This document shows positions 23,756-35,859 of a DNA stretch of 64,000 nt, one piece after another (the first letter of the stretch is position 1; the number at the start of each line of letters is the position of its first letter). The translations under genes were made by a program, and so were the position numbers. This DNA comes from Felis catus (lineage: Eukaryota), in the NCBI RefSeq assembly GCF_018350175.1, contig NC_058383.1, positions 11,410,001-11,474,000 on the forward strand, in the 5' to 3' direction. The notes under the pieces were generated by a model. The model was given only the letters and a program-made list of their open reading frames with translations, was not told where the DNA came from and did not search any database.

Positions 23756-24699
23756 TCTGTCATGTTCTCCTTTTATGGGGTTTGGCCCGTCCCATGCAGA
23801 GGACAGAAACACCAGTGTGCAGGAAGGCCTGGATGTGTGGGAGTGCATGGAGAATAATTTGACGAGACGGGAGCAGATGGTGTTAATTTGAGGTATGGGA
23901 ATTGAGGCAGCGGGAAATGCTAAAAATGTAATTGGGGCCCCAGTCGTATTTATCTACCTGTTGAGCAAAGCAATCCCACGTGGCAGGCCCGTTGATAGGC
24001 CCTGGGAGCCCCCGGTGGAGGGCACGAAGAGCAATCCCTGTCTTTGGAAGAGGTGATAATTTGGAAGGGGGAGAGAGGCATGGAGAAGGATGGCGTAAGG
24101 ACAGGAATAGGCGAAGAGTGGGAGCATCGAACTTCTGAGCCCCACCCCGGAACCCTAAGCTGACACCTCATCCAGAGGGTCCTATCAATGGTTCTCCCAA
24201 AGATCATGCAGGATGCGGGCTCGCCTGGTGAGCAGAGAATCAGAACCCATGAAATCAACGCTCCAGTATCTTCCTTAGGAATTTCCTACTTGTGGACATG
24301 GGCTTTCGGAGACCGAAGCTTGTACGACTATTGGAAAGAGTTAACACGCTGCACTTGGAAGGGAAAACGGAGCCATGTGGTGGCAAAGAATTTGTTCCCT
24401 TCTTTGGGTGGCAGCCACAGGATTCCTCGCCAATTAGTAGCATCTGGTCCTCATAGAAGATTCATCCCTGGTCGAGCTGGCAGGTACCTCTGGATGTGAC
24501 ACTCTGTGAAGTTCCTGATGGGCCATCTGTGATGTCTTCCCTTCCCAAATACCTCAGGCCTCCCACCCCCACCAGCCAGTCTGCCTTTCGTTCGAAATAT
24601 TTTTAAACACTCAGACCCGAGAGCAGGACTAACTCTAGCTTTTTTTAGAGAGGAGGGTGAGATTACGAGTTGCTTTTTTGTACAAACCCAATAAAAGGA

Positions 24700-24960
24700 A
24701 ACAGTAACTATAGGAATCGCTCTCATGTGTTGAGCCCTCACCACGAGCTGGGGCCCCGTAGTCAACATTTTACCGAAGACGTGTTTTTACGTGCATGATC
24801 TCACTGAACTCTCAGAACAGCTGTGTGAGGATATAAGTGCCTTCATTACTCCGATTTGCAAATGAGGAACCCAAATCTCAGAAAGGTTACTTCACCAGCT
24901 CAATGCCACAGTCTCAAAGCGTTTGAACCTGGGTTCGAACCCAGTGTGGTCTGGGTGGAC
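24700..24960 (-). mobile_element. MIR SINE
   Basis: atctcactgaactctcagaacagctgtgtgagg...ccgatttgcaaatgaggaacc...gggttcgaacccag. Confidence 0.75.
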
Positions 24961-25145
24961 GGACAGCTCAGGCTCTGACATGGAACATATGTAGAGACCT
25001 AAAATTCGTGTCCTGTTAGAAGTACGTGTTTAAATGGTGATGCTGATTTTTTTTTTTCCTGCTTCTGGGTAAATTTAGGATCCTGTTATTCTAAGGGATC
25101 CCTTCCTGATAAATGTTATCATAGTGGTATATATGATGGGGGAGG

Positions 25146-25346
25146 GGGGCGCCTGGGTGGCTCAGTTGATTAAGTCTCCATCTTCGGCTCAGGTCACGAT
25201 CTCTTGGTTTGTGAGGTCGAGCCCCGCATCGGGCTCTGTGCTGATGGCTCGGAGCCTGGAGCCTGCCTCTTCCTCTGTCTCTCTGCCCTTCCCCCGCTCG
25301 CACTCTGTCTCTCTCAAAAATAAACATAAAAAAATTAAAAAAAAAA
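25146..25346 (+). mobile_element. Can-SINE (SINEC_Fc)
   Basis: Full head to A tail. Confidence 0.95.
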
Positions 25347-26809
25347 TGTACATGAAGGTAATACTTACATATGCAAACTGTTTGGCCATTTCCGGGATGC
25401 TTTTGCTGACATTACAGGACATTACGAGCCTGTTCTTTGCTTTCCTAGACCTCACAGACACTCTATTTTTCTTTCTTTAGGCAGGGCATCTGCTGGAACT
25501 CATGTGCTGTTCTCAGACTTCTGTCCCTCCGCTTTGCTTCCATCCAGACTGAATGAATTAGCCTGTTTTCCACATGGACTCTGTGGGGGAGGGGAGGAAG
25601 AGAATGAGGTTCAGCTTGTTATTCAGAGGCGTCGTCTTCATTCATTGGGGGAAGACAAAGGCCCCGGGTCTTACTGAAAAATAAAGACGGCCACAGATGA
25701 ATCCTTCAGCGTCCTGTCAAAGGCCCAGATCGAGAAATTTAGAGTTACTCAGCTTGGGGTCTTTTATTTTAAGTAACAGTTGGAGTAAAACAGGCCATCG
25801 TGGCCCCCCAATACCCTAGTTATCTTCCTAAATTGATGACAGCATCTGGGTACTTCACCCCCTTTCAATTTCAAATGCAATTTGTCCGAAGCCTCCGATT
25901 TAAATCACATGGATCTTCTCTAAACTAAATAATAGGCTACATAACTCTCTGGCCTCCCACGGAAAGACAAAAGCTGGGCCCGCACGCCTGCACGCGCATG
26001 GCGGTGGCCATGGATTGCGGCTGATGAGAAGAGATGCCTTCCAACCGATGATTGAATTTAAAGCTCTTTCATTTCTGCTGGGGATTTGGGATCTAATGAG
26101 ATGATCAGCCGTCCTGCTGGGGTCGGCCCGCCATCATTGCAGACACAGACAGGGCTGAGCAACCCTGGCGAACCCGTGCCGCCCCCTCCCGCCCAGCCCC
26201 CGGCCTGCCCCAGGACCCGTCACATGTCTCCCGAGCCATCCCCTTGGTTCTTGCTTCCAGAATCAGCCTCTCCACCCTACTTTCGAGCACCTTCCAGCAA
26301 GTTCTTTCCAACACACAAATCCGCTTAGCTCATGCTGCAGCTCGGAAGCCTTCCTGGGCTGCCCAGAGGGGTCACTTTGGAGCCCCTTCAAAGTGCGTCC
26401 CCAACCAAAGTGTGACCTCTTCCCCACTGCCCCGCAGGTGCCTCATTCTTCCAGAACGTGACTCTCACACACCCCGTTGTGTGCTTTGCTCTCCCACCTC
26501 TGACTCTGTCTGCCTTGATCCCTGCCCCTCCACCCCCCCCACCCCACCCCGCCACCAGAAATGTCTTATTTCCCTCTTCCTCTCACCCACTCATGCTTAG
26601 GAGACGCACTGTTCTGTGCTTGGAATGGAAAAGCATAACATTGTTAAGAGTTGGAAGGATTCTTTGAAGTTGGGAAATTTAATTTCTATGGAAATGCTAT
26701 TTATTTTTCACTTCTAAGTCTCCTTCTGCAAGATCCTGCTCAAATGTTGCTTCCTCTGGCAACTTCCAACTCTCACGGCAGGTTATCCGTGCTCAGTACA
26801 TGCACAGTA

Positions 26810-26971
26810 GGAGCGCCTTGGTGGCTCAGTTGGTCAAGCTGACCCTTGATCTCGGCTCAGGTCACGATCTCACGGATCATGAGTTCGAGCCCCGCTTTGC
26901 TCTTTGCACTGATGGTGCGGAACCTGCTTGGGAGTCTGTCTCTCCTTCTCTCTGTCCCTCCCCCGCTTCTG

Positions 26972-27006
<35 letters not shown>

Positions 27007-27030
27007 AATTAATAAATAAACATTAAAAAA
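26810..27030 (+). mobile_element. Can-SINE
   Basis: Full element with (CT)n; TSD tacatgcac; appears inserted in an L2 3' end. Confidence 0.93.
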
Positions 27031-27869
27031 TACATGCACCATAAACAAATGCATGAATAAATATGGGGGTGGAAGAGTGACAGTCTTTTTATTTTATTTT
27101 TCCAAGGCGCTGGAGTCACGAACACTTAGATTGTTTTCAGAGCTAGGGATGAACAAGTCCAAGTTTGGATGGAGGGAGAGGTCAGGGTCATATGGCAAGT
27201 TGTGGCAAGTTAGTGCCAGAAAAGTCGGCCCAGAACACAGCGTTACGGCGTTCCTAATTCTGCTTCTACGTGGCTTCTGTCATGACCACGAGTGTTCTGT
27301 TTGTGTTTGTTTGTTACATCTGTGGGGCTGTTTTCAGGCAGCAAAGATTGGCTGGCCACTTCCCAGTTCCCCTTCCTCATGCCATGAGTCCTTCAGACGA
27401 TGCGGCCCGAACCACCGAATTCCCTCATTCCAGGGATGGCTCGGAGCGGGAGCTCAACGTTGACAAAGACACAGTCTGGCTCCCCATGGAGCCTTGACCA
27501 GACCACAGGCATGCAGAGCGAGTAAGAAGAATGCAGAGCAGGAACCTGCTGGTTCTCTTGCCGGTGGGGGTGAGCGGTTTGGGGTGGTCCTCTCTGGGGA
27601 GGGGGCATTTCAATGGAGTCTGGAAGGTGTGTTGGACTTTTCAAGAGGAGGGCGAGGAGAGTGATCATACAAGGAAGGTCATGTGCTAAGGCCCGGTGGC
27701 ATGAAAGGTCGTGTGTGGTGTGTGTGGGGTAACAGGGTGAGGGCTCATGTGCCTGGGGGAGGGGAGGCCTGGGAAGGGGCAGAGGGACTCAGGAGGGTGG
27801 GTGGGGCCAGCTTACCAAGCTAAGGTGATAGTGCCGTGTCCTATGTGCATGGGGCGGGGGGGGGGGTGG

Positions 27870-28216
27870 CGGAATTGGTCAGCTCCGGCTGCCATAACAA
27901 AGCACCACAGACCGGGCGCCTTAAGCAACAGGAATGTATTTTCTCCCGGTCCTGGAGGCTGGGAGTCCCAGATCAAGGTGTGGGCAGGTTGGTTTCTTCT
28001 GAGGCCCCTCTTTTTGGCTTGTGGATGGCTGTCTTCTCCCTGTGTCCTAATTTCCTGTTCTCACAATTTCCTGTCGGATTAGGGTCCACCCCAACGACCT
28101 CCTTTTAACGGAATCACCTCTTTAAAGACTCAAGGTCCAAATGCTGTTATTGTGAGGTTCTGGGGGTTGAGACTGCAACATATGAGTGGGGGGGGGGTAC
28201 AACTCAGCCGGTAACA
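27870..28216 (-). mobile_element. MLT1A/B-type MaLR solo LTR
   Basis: ggctgccataacaaagcaccacagaccgggcgccttaagcaacagg...ggattagggtccacc...caactcagccggtaaca. Confidence 0.88.
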
Positions 28217-29169
28217 GGGGACAAATGGAGGTTTTTTAAGGATTCATTTGGAACACTCAACTCTGGTTTCCTTGGCCTGTGGTGTGTTCTAAATGGCATT
28301 AATCCTTCCTCTGAAGGGCCTCTAAATATAGATACCATCTGCCGTTGTGCAATATGTTATCACTGATCCCCCACTTAGCAGCCGCTTCCTTACAGGCAGG
28401 GAGGGGAGGCTGCAGGAAGCCAGTGAGAAGCCACAGAAAACCCCACAGTCAGGTCGAACGAACGCCAGAGCCTCCGAGATGATGGAAGAGGGGCACCGGG
28501 ATCCCCGAATTCTGTGGCCCTTGACTCCCATCGAGTCGGAGAGAAGGGGCCAGGCTGATGAAAATCTCTGCTCGTTGAAAAAAAGAGAGAAGTTCTTTCT
28601 TAGGGAGCAAAGTGGCACCAGCCAGCCCTGGTTGATGGCATCTCCACGCTGATGAAGGGGGACACTCGTCGGGCAGACATGGTTCGCTCAGACGACACTT
28701 TCCCGGAGTCCCTCCGCCGGCTGGTTTTGCCCCTGCACGCTTGCTACAAAGGACAATTTGGCCCTCCCATTAATTACTTTTAAAGTTCTAGATTTCAATT
28801 AGGGAGTTAATTACTTTTTGCCATATTGCCCTCATTAAAGACATTTTCATTATGAAGTTAATTTGTTAGAATTGAAGAGCTTTGCCAAGAGAGAAGAATT
28901 ATTGCGTAAGGAGCCTCTCGGGTTCCTCTGTGTCTCTTCCCGCTTTGAGTGATGGAGGGAAAAACCTTATTTTAGATTTTTCCCGTTCGCAGGATAATTA
29001 CGTGTGAGCTGCTTACTTTGTGCTCGCAAAGCCATGCTGGGCTACAGAGGATGCAAAAGTAGATCCAGAAACACGCAGCCGGTGTTGTCATGGGGGGGGG
29101 GGGTCAAGATCCGGCAGAGAAGAGATATTTTAAATATAATTCTAATTATTAAGTAACTTACCGTTAGAA

Positions 29170-29363
29170 AATTTATTTATTTATTTTGAGGGAGAGTGCG
29201 AGCAGGGGAGGGGCAGACAGAGAGGGAGAGAGAGAGAATCCCAAGCAGATTCTGCACCTACCGCACAGAGCCCGACGTGGGGCTCGAACTCACAATCCAC
29301 GAGATCGTGACCTGAGCCGAAACCAGGAGTCGGATGCTTAACAGACTGAGCCAGCCAGCCCCC
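29170..29363 (-). mobile_element. Can-SINE
   Basis: atttatttatttattttgag...agaatcccaagcag...gactgagccagcca. Confidence 0.93.
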
Positions 29364-29410
29364 CTGCCCTGGTTTTCATTTTCATATTTATGTTTTTTTA
29401 CACACCCGTA

Positions 29411-29434
29411 AGTTGTTGTTGTTGTTGTTGTTGT
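29411..29434. repeat. (GTT)n microsatellite
   Basis: Seen directly. Confidence 0.9.
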
Positions 29435-29444
29435 TTGAGTTAAT

Positions 29445-29612
29445 TAATGTTTTTTCTTTGAGTGCAGCTGACACATTATTTCAGGTGTATAATGCAGTGA
29501 TTCGACAAGTTTATACATTATGCTATTCTCACCGCAGGTGAACAAGGGTGGATCCCTACACCTCACCGTTACCGTCGCGTTGACTCTATTCCTTATGCTG
29601 TGCCTTTTATTA
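29445..29612 (-). mobile_element. Carnivore L1 3' tip
   Basis: gagtgcagctgacacattatttcaggtgtataatgcagtgattcgacaag, similar to 20996-21060. Confidence 0.75.
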
Positions 29613-29679
29613 GCATTTTTTTTGTTTTTTTGTACAACGGAGAATATGGACTGTTTTCGCTCTTTCCCCCCGAATTGAC

Positions 29680-30360
29680 AGTGAGTTTGCCAGCGCACTT
29701 TATAAATAGTCCATTCACTTCCCTTTGAATTAAACTGCCATCCTAGTCATAAATGAGCTTATAATACAATGGCATCTGATTCTGGGTTCTCTACTGTGTG
29801 CCACTGATTTATCCATGCCTTGACCAAAACTAAATGGACTGATTATTCTTTAAGACAGTCGTACAATTCCCAAACCCCGAACAAACACACATATAAACAA
29901 AAATGGCTTGTCGGGATTTTATACGGAATTGCATTCAAGTTATATGTTAACATTTCAGGAACATCGAACATATATTTTCCCCATTTGCTCAGGATTTATG
30001 CATTTTAGGGACACTTGGGTGGCTTAATTGGTTGAGCGTCCGACTCTCCGTTTTGTCTCAGGTCGTGGTCTCGTGGTTCGTGGGATCGGGTCCCGCGTCG
30101 GGCTCTGCACTGACAGCACAGAACCTGCTTGGGAGCCTCTCTCACCCTCTCTCTCTGCCCCCGCCCCCCTTAAAATAAATACCCATTAAGAAAAGAATTC
30201 ATGTATTCTAGTAAACATTTATTGTTTTCCTCATAGGCACTTTGTGCCTTTCTTCATAAATACATCCATAGGTATTTTATAGTTTTCAACCCAATCATAA
30301 AAGGAACATTGTAAGAGTAAAGAACATGTGTAGATTTTTGGTCATTTATCTTGACTAAAA
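29680..30360 (-). mobile_element. Ancient L1M fragment split by a Can-SINE
   Basis: gccagcgcactttataaatagtccattcacttccc...tctgggttctctactgtgtgccactgattta...gggattttatacggaattgcatt. Confidence 0.65.
30008..30195 (+). mobile_element. Can-SINE
   Basis: gggacacttgggtggc...; degenerate TSD ag(g/a)att(t/c)atg(c/t)att(t/c)tag. Confidence 0.9.
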
Positions 30361-30429
30361 CCACCTCTCTGGGCAAGTGAGGGAATGGAGAGCTATTCGG
30401 TGCTAATGGGACACGGGATTCTTGTGAAA

Positions 30430-30612
30430 TACACTAGACTATACTATACTGTATCGTCTCTTCCCACTATATTATACTGTATTATGCTATACTGGACCAC
30501 TGCATATTATGCCATATTATACCGTCCTGTCCCATCCCATCCCATCCCATCCCATCCTATCCTATACTATGAGACAGTGTTACCGAACATGACGTAATAT
30601 AATATCATACTT
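30430..30612. repeat. Degenerate pentanucleotide repeat (TATAC/CCCAT family)
   Basis: 5-nt periodicity: actat actat actgt...cccat cccat cccat cccat cctat cctat actat. Confidence 0.8.
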
Positions 30613-30900
30613 TAGAAGAGTTGCGTCTGGGTTTTCTCTTACTGAACACTCTGTGCTATTAAGAGAAAGCTTAGTCTTCTCTCTGCCTTTGTCACAGCAG
30701 GGTGGTGATGTGTTAGTTGGAGAGAATCTCAGTTTCTCCGATGGACACATTCATGGCTGCGCTGGCCAGGAGACCCAGTGCCAGGGCCTGTTGGGATGGG
30801 GTGGGGGGGGTGGGGGGGTGGTGGTTCCCCAGGAGAGGCTTTGTTCTCCCGTCTCTATTGCTGTGTGGCAGGCTGAATCCTGGAGAAGCCACCTTAGCCT

Positions 30901-31134
30901 TTTTTTTTTTTTTTTAATTTTTTTTCAGCGTTTTTATTTATTTTTGGGACAGAGAGAGACAGAGCATGAACGGGGGAGGGGCAGAGAGAGAGAGAGGGAG
31001 ACACAGAATCGGAAACAGGCTCCAGGCTCCGAGCCATCAGCCCAGAGCCCGACGCGGGGCTCGAACTCACGGACCGCGAGATCGTGACCTGGCTGAAGTC
31101 GGACGCTTAACCGACTGCGCCACCCAGGCGCCCC
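30901..31134 (-). mobile_element. Young Can-SINE (SINEC_Fc)
   Basis: CpGs intact, long T tail; TSD accttagcct. Confidence 0.97.
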
Positions 31135-31146
31135 ACTACCTTAGCC

Positions 31147-31376
31147 TTTTAAAAAAATGTTTATTTATGAATTTGGGGGGAGGGGGTGAGGGAATGAGCA
31201 GGAGAGGGGCAGAGAGAGAGAGAGAGGGAGAGAGAGAGAGAGAGAGACAGTCCCAAGCAGGCTCCACTCTGTCAGCGCGGAGCCTGATGTGGGGTTCGAA
31301 CTCACGAGCCCCGAGCTCACGACCTGAGCCGAAATCAAGAGTCGGATGCTTAACCGACTGAGCCACCCAGGCGCCC
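31147..31376 (-). mobile_element. Can-SINE
   Basis: Full element directly adjacent to the previous one. Confidence 0.93.
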
Positions 31377-31813
31377 ACATTCTGAGGGCCTGAGGGTTTG
31401 GGCTTCCACATCTGGATTTTGGGGGTACAAAACTGAGCCCAGAGCACTGAGGGCAGGCCGGGAGGGTGTGACCAGAAGGTCCTCAGGCTCAGGTTTTAGG
31501 GCTGCCTTTCTCTCCCCCCATGTCACCGCATAAGTGGTCTCTAGAGGCAAGTCCGAGGGCGCTAACTCGTGGAGGGTGGAAACACGCCCACAGGCCTCGG
31601 TCACAGTCACCAGCTCACTTTAGAGACCCCGAGATATCAGGGCGCGGGCGATGCTCACCTTTGGCCCAGCCACCAGCCTGCTCGGAGACGCTGCCTTTGT
31701 TGTCTCTCGGTTTCCCCCACCTCCAGCACATGGCCCCACCGTCACCCCCCAAATGAGGTCCGCGGGGAGCCGTTATTCCTGTTTCCTGAATTGCTTATTA
31801 AAGCCACAGATGA

Positions 31814-31996
31814 GGGGTGCCTGGGGGGCTCAGTCGGTTAAGCGTCCGACTCTTGATTTCGGCTCAGGTCGTGATGTCACGGTTTGTGAGTTGGAGCCGC
31901 ACATCTGCTTGGGATTCTCTCTCTCCCTCTCTCTCTCTCTCTGCCCCTCCCCTTCTCTCTCTCTCTCTCAAAAAGAAATAAATATTAAAAGAAAAA
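31814..31996 (+). mobile_element. Can-SINE with internal deletion
   Basis: ggggtgcctggggggctcagtcggttaagcgtccgactcttg...gagccgcacatctgcttgggattc (central segment missing). Confidence 0.9.
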
Positions 31997-32530
31997 TGGC
32001 GACAAAAGAGAACAAAAGGTGCTTAGTTAGGATCCCAAATTCTGAGCTCAGCAAACCCGTGGCCACGGAGCCTGCCCTTGGGCCCTGCCCACGCACAGGA
32101 CCAGCCCGCGTCCTCACCCTACCTCCAGCCCCCCAAGATGCTGTGCGGGAGGGCTATATCCAGACAGCCTTTTGGGAGAACTGGGAGTTTGTGGGAAGAA
32201 GTCGTCATTCCCCGTGAGAATATGTCGCGAAATTTTCTGGCCCTCACTGTGCCTTCCGTGTGCTGGGCTGTTTGAAGTCCTTCCCATCATGGCAGAGGCT
32301 GTGGGAATGTGCCTGGTGTGTTGGCGCAGGGGGAGATGGAGGTGGGGAGAGGAGGGGGGAGAAGGCACCCTGGAGGCGGGGTGGGGAGGGCAGAGGCTGT
32401 CCTGCTGTTGGGCTTGGCGGTGGTGTGCTCCCCCGGGGTCAAGTGCGCGTCTGCACGGAAGCCATCAAGGTCACCTGTGCCCCACGGCCACCTGCTGACA
32501 AGCGGACCCAGCAGCAAGAGAACAGAAGCT

Positions 32531-32563
32531 CCCCCCCCCCCCCCCCCCCCCCCCCCCCGCCCC
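32531..32563. repeat. Poly-C tract (C28 G C4)
   Basis: Seen directly. Confidence 0.95.
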
Positions 32564-32954
32564 AAGCCTCTGGAGTGTCCAGCCCCAGCTGGCCCCGGGG
32601 AAGGGAGGAGAGAGAACGAAGCGGAAATACAGGAGTCACGTGGGACAGGGGATGGGACCACCTTAACAGGAGCACGGCGAGTTTATTAAATGGAGCTGAA
32701 TCAGAAGCCGACAGCCCAGGAGGAGGGCGGGCTTGGTGGCACCGTCGTTGCACTAATGAGAAAAAATAAAATCCATTTTACGTTTCCATGCTGATGAGTT
32801 GAGGCCCTCACTCAACTGGGTGTGACTGCAATCAGCCGAGAAAGGGTCAGATTATGACACCTCGGGGGGGATTTTTGGATTCTAGTGGAGGGTTCAGAGG
32901 AGGACCAGACGTTTGTAAGGCAGGGAGACACGATGCTTTAACAGTAGACTGACT

Positions 32955-33150
32955 GGGACTCCCGGGGGCTCCGTCGGTTAAGCGTCGGACTCTTGATTTT
33001 GGCTCAGGTCTGGATCTCACGGTTCACGAGTTTGAGCCCTGAGTCGGGCTCCGCGCTGACGGCTTGGGGCCCGTTTGGGGTTCTCTGTCTCCCTCCCCTC
33101 TTCTTGTTCTCTGTCTCTCAAAATAAATAAACTTAAAAAAAAAGAAATAA
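32955..33150 (+). mobile_element. Can-SINE
   Basis: Full element; TSD a(c/t)agtaga(c/g)tgact. Confidence 0.93.
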
Positions 33151-33184
33151 ATAGTAGAGTGACTGTTGATAGCATACATATATA

Positions 33185-33386
33185 TTTTTAAATATTTATT
33201 TACTTTTTGAGAGAGAGAGAGAGAGAGAAAGCAGGGGAAAGGCAGAGAAAGAGGGGGACAGAAGATCTGAGGCAGGCTCTGTGCTGACAGGCTGACAGCA
33301 GGGAGCCCAATGTGGGGCTCGAACTCACAAATGGGGAGATCATGACGTGAGCCGAAGTTGGATGCTTAACCGACTGAGCCAGCCCA
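33185..33386 (-). mobile_element. Can-SINE
   Basis: Full element, tail-to-tail with the previous SINE. Confidence 0.93.
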
Positions 33387-33564
33387 AGTGGGCTGTGATT
33401 TGGACCAGAGAACACGAGTTGGAACTCAGATGCCTGTCTGGTTTCCTTCAATGCCACCCCCCAACATCCCAGATTTGGAAGGTTGTCCAGGGTCCACTTT
33501 GGAATATAGTGTTATGGTGTCCCATTTAAGGAGTTGGGTGTGGCAGCATCTGATGTATTTGGAT

Positions 33565-33577
33565 GTGTGTGTATGTA

Positions 33578-33629
<52 letters not shown>

Positions 33630-33825
33630 CGTTTATTTTTGAGAGACAGGGAGAGACAGAACATGAGCAGGGGAGGGGCAGAGAGAGAGGGAGACATAGA
33701 ATCCGAAGCAGGCTCCAGGCTCTGAGCTGTCAGCAGAGCCTGACGCAGGGCTTGAACTCACGGACCGCAAGATCATGACCTGAGCCGAACTCGGACGCTC
33801 AACCGACTGAGCCACCCAGGCGCCC
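33565..33825 (-). mobile_element. Can-SINE with (TA)n at its tail end
   Basis: SINE body 33613-33825; (TA)n 33587-33613; flanks share tttggat. Confidence 0.93.
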
Positions 33826-33999
33826 AGTGTTTGGATATTTATTGGGGGCGATCTTCTTCTAGCATCCCTGGGAAACTTCAGGATTATTTTGGAAAGACTT
33901 AGGGTGTTAAACGTGGGACCCCAAGTAAGCCAGTGGAGATGAAGGGTGTTAGTAATTTATATATATATACTATACCCTATATACTATAAGATCTATAAT

Positions 34000-34290
34000 T
34001 TACTTTGAGAGAGAGAGAGAGAGCACTCATGTGCGAGTGGGTGAAGGGCAGAGGGAGTGGGAGAGAGAGAGAGAATTATTTTTTTAAAGTTTGCTTATGT
34101 ATTTTGAGAGAGAGAGAAAGAGAGAGTGCAAGCAGGGGAGGGGCAGAGAGAGAGGGAGAGACTCCCAGGCAGGCTCCATTTTGTCAGTGCGAAGCCCAAT
34201 GTGGGGCTCGATCGCGCGAACAGTGAGATCGTGACCTGAAGCCAAAGCCAAGAGTCGGACGCTCAACCTACTGAGCCCCCCAGGCGCCCC
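34000..34290 (-). mobile_element. Can-SINE (34078-34290) plus an adjacent SINE 3' fragment (34000-34075)
   Basis: Two successive T-rich/(GA)n SINE tails but only one head. Confidence 0.85.
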
Positions 34291-34661
34291 TAATCTGGCA
34301 TCAATATTAACGTGACTTCATCAAACTCAGGCTGAAGAAGCCCGGGTTGGTTCAGGGACACGAGGGACTCAGAGGGCAACGGGAATGTGTGGACTCTGGA
34401 AACAAACTAACCCAGGCTTCTGCACTACCGCCCATTAACCCCGTGACTCGAACCAGTGGGGTGACCTCCGTGAAATCCACCTCGATGGCACGAGAGACTC
34501 TGGGTCCCTGCGTGTTGGGGATCCTGTGAAGGTAAGCGCGTCACGGATGGACAGCACCTGATCCGGCACCTGTTCTGGGAGGCCCACAGTACACGCTGCT
34601 TCCTGCCTCCAACCGGACCTGTGATAGACTGGAAGGGAATTTGTGGTTCCCGTTTGTGGTG

Positions 34662-34752
34662 GGGAGGGGAGAGAGAGGAGAGAGGGACAGAGAGAGAAGG
34701 GGAAAGAGATAGAGAAAGAGAGACAGGGGAGACAGAGAGAGAGGGAGAGGGA
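34662..34752. repeat. GA-rich low-complexity tract
   Basis: Seen directly. Confidence 0.8.
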
Positions 34753-35859
34753 GACCCTAATTGGAAGAGAGGTATGCTCATCTCCCAGAAGGAGTATAGG
34801 AGTATCAGTGATCTGCCCTCGGCTCCCCTTCTGGGCTGCGGCCCCAGGTCCGTGAAGCAGAGCAAACCGACCCAAACTAGGAGTGACAGCGCCCTCCCGC
34901 AGAGGACAGGGAGGTTCAACAAGTTCCTGCGACAAGGGCGTCTGGGAAACGCCTTCTACAAAAGTAGAAGCCAGGGGAACCAGCACCAGGTTACTGGAAT
35001 TGGAAGGGACACTGGCGACGTCTGCCCGCCGCTGGGCCTCCGTGGCAAGCGCCCCGTCGCACCGCGGGGTGAGCGCGTGGTTCCCTGGGCTGTCGCCTCT
35101 TTCCCTGTCTGCAAGTGCGCCGCTGGGCACTTGCCTGCTTCTGCCCTCGGGCATCTCAGTCTCGGGCAGAGATGCCTATCTGAACAGGTGACATCCCAGC
35201 ACCACCCAGCCAGGGCAGAGGAAGTGCAGACAGCCTGCCTGCCCAGGGAAGGCTTCCTGGGGCGGGCTGCTGTCTTTGTCACAAGCCTGAGCAAAATGAG
35301 TGACAGCCAGGGGACAGAGAAGGCCGGAGTGAAGGAGGTCGACACGCGGAGCAAAGAGAGAGGCCACCGGGCCCACTGGAGGCCCAGGTGAAGAGTGGGG
35401 TGGGGGTGGGGGTGGCAGCGTGCATCAGGGGTCCCACTCACCGAGCTGGATGGGGTCCCAGGGTCTCAGGGTCTCCAGGAAGCCTAGAGTTCAAGGGCGG
35501 GGCTCCAGCCAGAGAGGCGGAGCTTGAGTGCTAAGTGTGGGTCCCGAAGCAAAAGCCAGGCCTGGTGCCAGGCCCTGGGGAGGGGTGGCGGCTGAGACCA
35601 CGGAATCCCTGCCCCAGGCTTGCTGGATTCCACGACACGGCGCCACCCTCCCCACAGGTATCTCAGGACGATGGACGGCAGGGGTGAAGGTAGGGGACGG
35701 GCCATGGCGTGACCCTGACATCTGTAACATGGACCAAGCCACCTCTCTCAAAGGCTCTCAGGGGTCCTGAGTGGAGACCCCCAAGGTGAGGAAGAAGGTA
35801 GTCTGGCTCAGGGAAGACTTCTGGCTTCCCCGGACAAGGTAGGGCAAGCAGAGCCTTGG

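Noticed and set aside
32260..32769. Proline- or glycine-rich ORFs
   Set aside because: The poly-Pro and poly-Gly stretches come from the C28 run; no other coding signal
34425..35441. Overlapping 161-256 aa ORFs on both strands
   Set aside because: GC-rich DNA including a GA-rich tract; ORFs are open in several frames and resemble no protein family I recognise
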